10,260 bases of DNA from an uncultured archaeon (GTDB taxonomy: Archaea > Iainarchaeota > Iainarchaeia > Iainarchaeales > CSSED10-239): contig CAZPGO010000049.1 in NCBI GenBank assembly GCA_964586355.1, positions 1 through 10,260 of the forward strand, in the 5' to 3' direction. This document shows positions 6,758 to 10,260 of this stretch, in pieces; the stretch's first letter is position 1; each line of letters opens with the position of its first letter. The translations under genes were made by a program, and so were the position numbers. The notes under the pieces are model-generated. The model had not been told where the DNA came from and ran no database searches. It saw nothing but the letters and a program-made list of their open reading frames with translations.

Positions 6758-7309
6758 TTAGATCAATATTAAATATAATAACAAAGCTAAAATTTTTGGA
6801 AAAATTAAATAAACAAAAAACACACAAATAAAAGTAATTGTTAAACTTAACCATAAATCCAAATAATTTAAACTCTTTTTAGAAGATTTTTTTTTATCTT
6901 TTTGTTTATGTTTAAAATTTATTTTTTCATAAGCAAAAGTGGTTATCATTGCAAAAATTACAACAATTGCTGAAAGTAATAAATTTACAAATAATAATTT
7001 TAAGAGGTTGTATATAAAAAAAATAATTAAATAAAAACCAGAGACCGGAATACTGGTAATAAACAATAATACTATAAAATAGATCAATAACAATATAGCC
7101 AAAACAATATATGTTAAAAAAAACAAAGAAACAATAAAGCTCTTTTTATCTCTAAACTTTAAAAAAGGTTTTTTTAACCAATCAACAATAAACACAAAAG
7201 GTATTGCAAAGATTGCACAAAAAAATATTAACTTTATAAAAAACCATAAATAGTTTAATATTTTTGTGAAAATACTTGACACATTTATTTTAAGAATTGT
7301 AGCATACAT
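6758..7309 (-). CDS. polytopic integral membrane protein (about 5-6 TM segments), unknown function, co-operonic with the giant surface protein
   Basis: The 183-aa product is extremely rich in Phe, Ile and Leu. Hydrophobic stretches include YLWFFIKLIFFCAIFAIPFVFIV, SFIVSLFFLTYIVLAILLLIYFIVLLFITSI, GFYLIIFFIYNLLKLLFVNLLLSAIVVIFAMITTFAY and LWLSLTITFICVFFVYLIFPKILALLLYLILI. A Lys-rich loop (KHKQKDKKKSSKKS) separates them. The stop is 21 nt before the giant gene ATG, and an AT-rich TATA-like element lies about 30 nt upstream of its own ATG. Confidence 0.72.
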   Translation of the reverse strand: MYATILKINVSSIFTKILNYLWFFIKLIFFCAIFAIPFVFIVDWLKKPFLKFRDKKSFIVSLFFLTYIVLAILLLIYFIVLLFITSIPVSGFYLIIFFIYNLLKLLFVNLLLSAIVVIFAMITTFAYEKINFKHKQKDKKKSSKKSLNYLDLWLSLTITFICVFFVYLIFPKILALLLYLILI

Positions 7310-7444
7310 AAAAAAACCTTTTCATAGACATATTATATATTTAAACAAAAGCTTTATATATATTATATTTATTATATATAATTATAGAATTAATATTTTA
7401 TATACCTTTTGCTTAACCTAAAAACAATTAAAAAAAGAAAAAAT
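7310..7444. promoter_or_regulatory. divergent AT-rich promoter region between the membrane/giant-protein operon (-) and the Lys/Glu-rich gene (+)
   Basis: This is a 135-nt spacer that is almost pure A/T. For the + gene, TTTTATATA at about 7396..7404 lies about 41 nt upstream of the ATG at 7445. For the - gene, TTTAAATATATA (minus read of about 7334..7345) lies about 30 nt upstream of the ATG at 7309. The word TATTATAT occurs three times (about 7331, 7361, 7370). These may be low-complexity chance matches. Confidence 0.4.
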
Positions 7445-8086
7445 ATGAACTTAAAAGATATTAAAAGAAGAGAAAGAAGATTTTATAGGAAAATAGAAAA
7501 TGACCAGATAAAATATGATGTTAAAACAGATACAAAAACACCAGAAGTAATACCAAAAGAAAACGCAGACCTGTTATTTTCTGAAGAAAACAGAGGTGCA
7601 GAAAAAAAAGAGATCATAGAAAACATCTTAAAAGAAATAAAAAATAATATTAATCCAGATATTGATGAGATAACAGACATCATATTTGCACAGCTAAATA
7701 ACAGCCATGTAGAAATAGATCAAAAAACTGTCAAAGAAGCTGTATGTAGACATCAAAGAAGAGAAAAAGATCAAACAGAAGAAAAGACCACTAATTTTAC
7801 AGAAAGAAAAAGATTAGAAACAGTAATAGATGATATATTAGATCAACTTTCAAAATCAGACAGTCTAGAAAAAAAACACTTTGAAGAAAAAAATAAAAAA
7901 GAAAAAGATCTATCAGAAGATAAAAGAAACAGAAGATCTAAAAAAGAAGAACCAGAAAAAAAAAAAGATCTATCAAAAGAAGAAAATAAAAAAACCAAAA
8001 AAGAAACACCTATAAAAGAAGATCTAGACACAGAAGATATAGAATCAGATGATCTTGATGAAGATGATCTTGGTTTAAAATTTTAA
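7445..8086 (+). CDS. highly charged Lys/Glu-rich, probably disordered cytoplasmic protein with an acidic C-terminal tail
   Basis: I prefer the ATG at 7445 (MNLKDIKRRERRFYRK...) to the TTG at 7409 used by the ORF track. There is no hydrophobic segment. The C-terminal third is KEKDLSEDKRNRRSKKEEPEKKKDLSKEENKKTKKETPIKEDLDTEDIESDDLDEDDLGLKF. The lysine-rich frame is consistent with AAA/GAA-rich purine-strand coding. Low complexity makes the coding call less secure than for the other genes. Confidence 0.68.
   Translation: MNLKDIKRRERRFYRKIENDQIKYDVKTDTKTPEVIPKENADLLFSEENRGAEKKEIIENILKEIKNNINPDIDEITDIIFAQLNNSHVEIDQKTVKEAVCRHQRREKDQTEEKTTNFTERKRLETVIDDILDQLSKSDSLEKKHFEEKNKKEKDLSEDKRNRRSKKEEPEKKKDLSKEENKKTKKETPIKEDLDTEDIESDDLDEDDLGLKF
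7900..8040 (+). repeat. imperfect 60-nt (20-aa) tandem periodicity inside the Lys/Glu-rich gene
   Basis: AAAGATCTATCA(G/A)AAGA occurs at about 7906 and about 7966, exactly 60 nt apart. A related GAAGATCTAGACA occurs at about 8019. This gives K-D-L-S-x-E / K-D-L-S-K-E / E-D-L-D-T-E at 20-aa spacing. An A11 homopolymer lies at 7956..7966. Confidence 0.45.
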
Positions 8087-8091
8087 TCTAT

Positions 8092-8898
8092 TTAAGGATC
8101 TGAGATTAGCACACAATTTAGCTTTTGTATATCAGATAAAGAATCATCGGATCCAGTTTGTGAAATATCTACAGTAGCAGGCCAGATTGCAAAAGTACTA
8201 TTTACTTGTATATTTGTTTGTGATTCATCAGAAGTATAATGTTGAAAATACATAGGAATTGATGAAGAATAGATCTTATTAGCCTTAGAGATTGTAGATC
8301 TTACATAATCATAACTTATAGGATCGCATAAATAATAATTGTAGGGAGTTTCATTATCAATAGAATAGATCTTTCTATATCTTGGCAATCCGCTTAAATT
8401 TGTTTCCTCCTCAAAATTAGTTAACTTAAGCACAAAGAAAATAAAGTCCTCAGAATAATCATACATATAAAAAACATAATCATAATTGTTTAAGGGTTGC
8501 ATTATAGATTTGATCATATGATATAAATTAAACTTAACTATGTCCCCATAATCTAAATTACCAGCACCATCTACAAGATTAAGAGAATTAATATCAGAAT
8601 CTTCTGCACCAATTACTTGATCAGAATAATAATCATGCTTAATTGCTGTCATTAAATAATCAGTTTCTTGCCCCTGTTGGTAATTAAGATCATAATTAAG
8701 AGGAATAGATGTGTAAAAAATAGTTCTCATGGCAGAATTTGCATACTCCTTAAAATAAAGATCAGAAATGCTTTGATCAACTCTTTCTCCATAAGAAGAA
8801 GAATATCTAAACATTAATACAGCCAAAGTAACAATAATCATTAAAAAAAACAAAGCATCTGTAACTGCTGCTTGACCTTTTCTTTTTTTAAAAAACAT
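8092..8898 (-). CDS. archaeal type IV pilin-like protein with a class III (prepilin peptidase-type) signal peptide and a large divergent globular domain
   Basis: The N-terminus is MFFKKRKG|QAAVTDALFFLMIIVTLAVLMF: a short basic leader, Gly at -1, Gln at +1, then a 22-residue hydrophobic helix. This fits the archaeal class III signal pattern (KGQ-x-x-x-[E/D]-x-x-x-L type). The remaining about 235 aa are rich in Tyr, Asp and Asn and have 2 Cys. It is the last gene of a tight minus-strand operon, 18 nt after the previous stop. Confidence 0.8.
   Translation of the reverse strand: MFFKKRKGQAAVTDALFFLMIIVTLAVLMFRYSSSYGERVDQSISDLYFKEYANSAMRTIFYTSIPLNYDLNYQQGQETDYLMTAIKHDYYSDQVIGAEDSDINSLNLVDGAGNLDYGDIVKFNLYHMIKSIMQPLNNYDYVFYMYDYSEDFIFFVLKLTNFEEETNLSGLPRYRKIYSIDNETPYNYYLCDPISYDYVRSTISKANKIYSSSIPMYFQHYTSDESQTNIQVNSTFAIWPATVDISQTGSDDSLSDIQKLNCVLISDP
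8809..8898 (-). other. class III signal peptide (leader MFFKKRKG) plus the pilin-type N-terminal hydrophobic helix
   Basis: The leader occupies 8875..8898, and the hydrophobic segment QAAVTDALFFLMIIVTLAVLMF occupies 8809..8874. The cleavage position is inferred from the known PibD/FlaK-type substrate pattern. Confidence 0.6.
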
Positions 8899-8916
8899 AT
8901 TTTCTCTTTTTTTAAA

Positions 8917-9414
8917 TTATCTCCAAACAACAACATATAATCTTGCTGGTTTTATATATAGATCTTTTTGAGTAGTTGTGGGATATTGATAAATAATTAC
9001 CTCACTAGAAGTATTTGAAAGAAAAGAAGTAACATCAGAAGAATCACAAACATAAAGTTGCTCATCTTCCCCCTCTCCTTCCTTTAAAATATTTCCTTCT
9101 AGATTTTCTTTAGTTAATGAAACATAATTATCAGAATTTAAATCAAAATCAACCAAAAAAGCATTCCATTTAAACTTAGTATTAACCTTTGAACAAGTTT
9201 TTTTAAAAGTATCAAGATTAAGAATAACAGGTTCCTCTTTCATAATAGCAGAAACCGAAATAGCTTCTGACTTTAAAGAATAAAGATCTGTATTATCTTT
9301 ATAGACATTATAAGTATTTAAAAAAACACTAAAAAATATCATTAAACCTAAGAAAATAGGGATAAGACTTGGAAGATCATCTCCAATTGCACCAATAAAA
9401 CCTTTCTTAATCAT
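8917..9414 (-). CDS. N-terminally anchored pilin-like or pilus-associated protein (165 aa)
   Basis: I prefer the ATG at 9414 (MIKKGFIGAIGDDLPSLIPIFLGLMIFFSVFL...) to the ORF-track start at 9477. The longer form adds 21 non-hydrophobic residues and overlaps the upstream gene by 43 nt. The shorter form leaves a 20-nt spacer and places a basic KKG motif directly before the hydrophobic helix. The ectodomain has 2 Cys and ends in a beta-rich ...LYIKPARLYVVVWR. Confidence 0.7.
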   Translation of the reverse strand: MIKKGFIGAIGDDLPSLIPIFLGLMIFFSVFLNTYNVYKDNTDLYSLKSEAISVSAIMKEEPVILNLDTFKKTCSKVNTKFKWNAFLVDFDLNSDNYVSLTKENLEGNILKEGEGEDEQLYVCDSSDVTSFLSNTSSEVIIYQYPTTTQKDLYIKPARLYVVVWR

Positions 9415-9434
9415 AATTAATTCATATTTTCTGT

Positions 9435-10091
9435 TTAAGTAATATTTGTTATTAGATTTGTAACAGTATTTAGACAATCTAAATCTTCTTCATCATACAG
9501 CTCATCTCTTACCTGATCAAACTCATTACAGGTATAAACATTATTTCTATAAGCACAAGGAAAAAAATAAATGTTTGGTTGACCATTTTTAATCTTTTTA
9601 ACAAAGAAAAACATGGTGTCAATAGATCTAGATTTTAGAGGATCGTAATTTACAAAATTTTCAGAAGATTTGCAGATCTTTTCAGAATCCTCACAATCAG
9701 AACTATAAAGATATATAGGGCCATTAAAATCAATATCATAAGCTGCATATATTGTGTTATTATTTGTTCTTCTATCCATTATTGATAAAACCACTTTGTT
9801 TGTATCCTCATTAACCACATAATAAGAAATATCCAAAACATATTTAATGCTAAACATCTCAGAATGACCATTATTAGTATAAATTTTATCAGGCAGATCC
9901 AATTGTTTAACAGTACAATAACTATTACTCTCAACACCTGTTTTTATCTGCGAACCTAAACTATAAACAAGCTCATAACTCTGTCTTGTTTTCATATTAG
10001 AATTTACTGTAGCCATAAAAAAAATAACTATAGATGCTATTGCAGTAACAAAAATTAAAAGATTCATTTTGGATAAACTAAACTCAATCAT
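9435..10091 (-). CDS. N-terminally anchored, cysteine-containing extracellular protein (218 aa), pilin-like or pilus-associated
   Basis: The N-terminus MIEFSLSKMNLLIFVTAIASIVIFFMATV has a single N-terminal TM helix and no obvious G-1 cleavage site. An alternative start is M9 at 10067. There are 6 Cys after the helix (SYC, SDC-x6-C, FPC-x8-C, LDC). The ATG lies 3 nt after the upstream stop, with a GAGAAGGG motif about 10 nt upstream. Confidence 0.75.
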   Translation of the reverse strand: MIEFSLSKMNLLIFVTAIASIVIFFMATVNSNMKTRQSYELVYSLGSQIKTGVESNSYCTVKQLDLPDKIYTNNGHSEMFSIKYVLDISYYVVNEDTNKVVLSIMDRRTNNNTIYAAYDIDFNGPIYLYSSDCEDSEKICKSSENFVNYDPLKSRSIDTMFFFVKKIKNGQPNIYFFPCAYRNNVYTCNEFDQVRDELYDEEDLDCLNTVTNLITNIT

Positions 10092-10094
10092 AAA

Positions 10095-10259
10095 CTAAAC
10101 CCTTCTCTTTCTTAACAAACAAATTTTTTGAACACCGGTGTTTGATGTAGATCCTTGTTTAAATATTTTATATATACCTGGTCTTATTGATGTTCCAGAG
10201 GGATCTATTGCTTCCCAAAGATCTGTATCATCATCTAAAACTAAACACTCACTATCTGT
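10095..10259 (-). CDS. 3' end of a further upstream gene of the same operon (C-terminal 54 aa only; the start lies beyond the window)
   Basis: The minus frame is open from the window edge: TDSECLVLDDDTDLWEAIDPSGTSIRPGIYKIFKQGSTSNTGVQKICLLRKRRV, then TAG at 10095..10097. It is missing from the ORF track because no start codon falls inside the window. Function cannot be assigned from this fragment. Confidence 0.5.
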   Translation of the reverse strand, partial: TDSECLVLDDDTDLWEAIDPSGTSIRPGIYKIFKQGSTSNTGVQKICLLRKRRV

Positions 10260-10260
10260 T

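Noticed and set aside
6758-7309. Possibility that the 183-aa membrane protein is an archaeosortase or exosortase for the giant protein's C-terminal tail
   Set aside because: It is considerably shorter than known archaeosortases, and I see no conserved Cys/Arg/His catalytic arrangement. Only two Cys are present, both inside hydrophobic helices. It is kept as an unknown membrane partner.
7371-7386. 10-bp palindrome TATAATTATA and TATTATAT direct repeats in the divergent intergenic region
   Set aside because: The tract is pure A/T, where palindromes and short repeats arise by chance with high probability. They are noted under the promoter feature and not claimed as operators.
7956-7966. A11 homopolymer as a phase-variation switch
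   Set aside because: Poly-A runs are the natural result of consecutive AAA Lys codons in an AT-rich Lys-rich gene. There is no evidence of an alternative frame with coding potential. It is mentioned only as a possible source of length polymorphism.
7483-8031. Two minus-strand ORFs (7483..7683 and 7843..8031) antisense to the Lys/Glu-rich gene
   Set aside because: Their Phe/Ser/Leu-rich translations are the complement of AAA/GAA-rich coding. The plus frame is longer, has an ATG with an upstream TATA-like element, and ends in a distinctive acidic tail. Because the region is low-complexity, the strand call is not absolute.
9415-9477. 21-codon N-terminal extension of the 8917.. ORF (MSKYCYKSNNKYYLNRKYELI)
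   Set aside because: It would overlap the upstream gene by 43 nt and push the hydrophobic helix away from the N-terminus. The ATG at 9414 gives a canonical short basic leader (MIKKG) and a 20-nt spacer.

Overview
The window is very AT-rich (about 28-30% GC by eye) and about 95% coding, with 3-21 nt spacers inside operons and 5-7 nt between convergent stop codons. I found no rRNA, tRNA, CRISPR array, transposase, integrase or terminal inverted repeats. Nearly every product looks like a cell-envelope protein. (1) A 5'-truncated GLUG-motif beta-helix adhesin-like protein (2..1240, +). (2) A 65-aa CxxC...CxxC zinc-ribbon protein (1248..1445, -). (3) A two-gene minus-strand operon: a 183-aa polytopic membrane protein (6758..7309), then a 1697-aa protein (1643..6736). 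The large protein has a Sec signal peptide, paired cysteines, many N-x-S/T sequons, a Gly/Ser linker and a C-terminal TM anchor with a basic tail. I recognise no domain in it. (4) A Lys/Glu-rich, probably disordered cytoplasmic protein with an acidic tail (7445..8086, +). (5) A minus-strand operon of at least four tightly packed genes (8092..10259) whose three complete products each carry one N-terminal hydrophobic helix. One has a canonical archaeal class III (prepilin-type) signal, KRKG|QAAVTDALFFL. The class III signal, oligo-T tracts after stop codons, TATA-like promoters and compact layout suggest a small-genome (DPANN-like) archaeon, but this is inference only. The main candidate for something undescribed is the surface island as a whole: an orphan giant anchored ectoprotein with a dedicated membrane partner, beside a divergent pilin-like module and a GLUG adhesin. 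GATC, and especially AGATCT, is also strikingly over-represented across the window.
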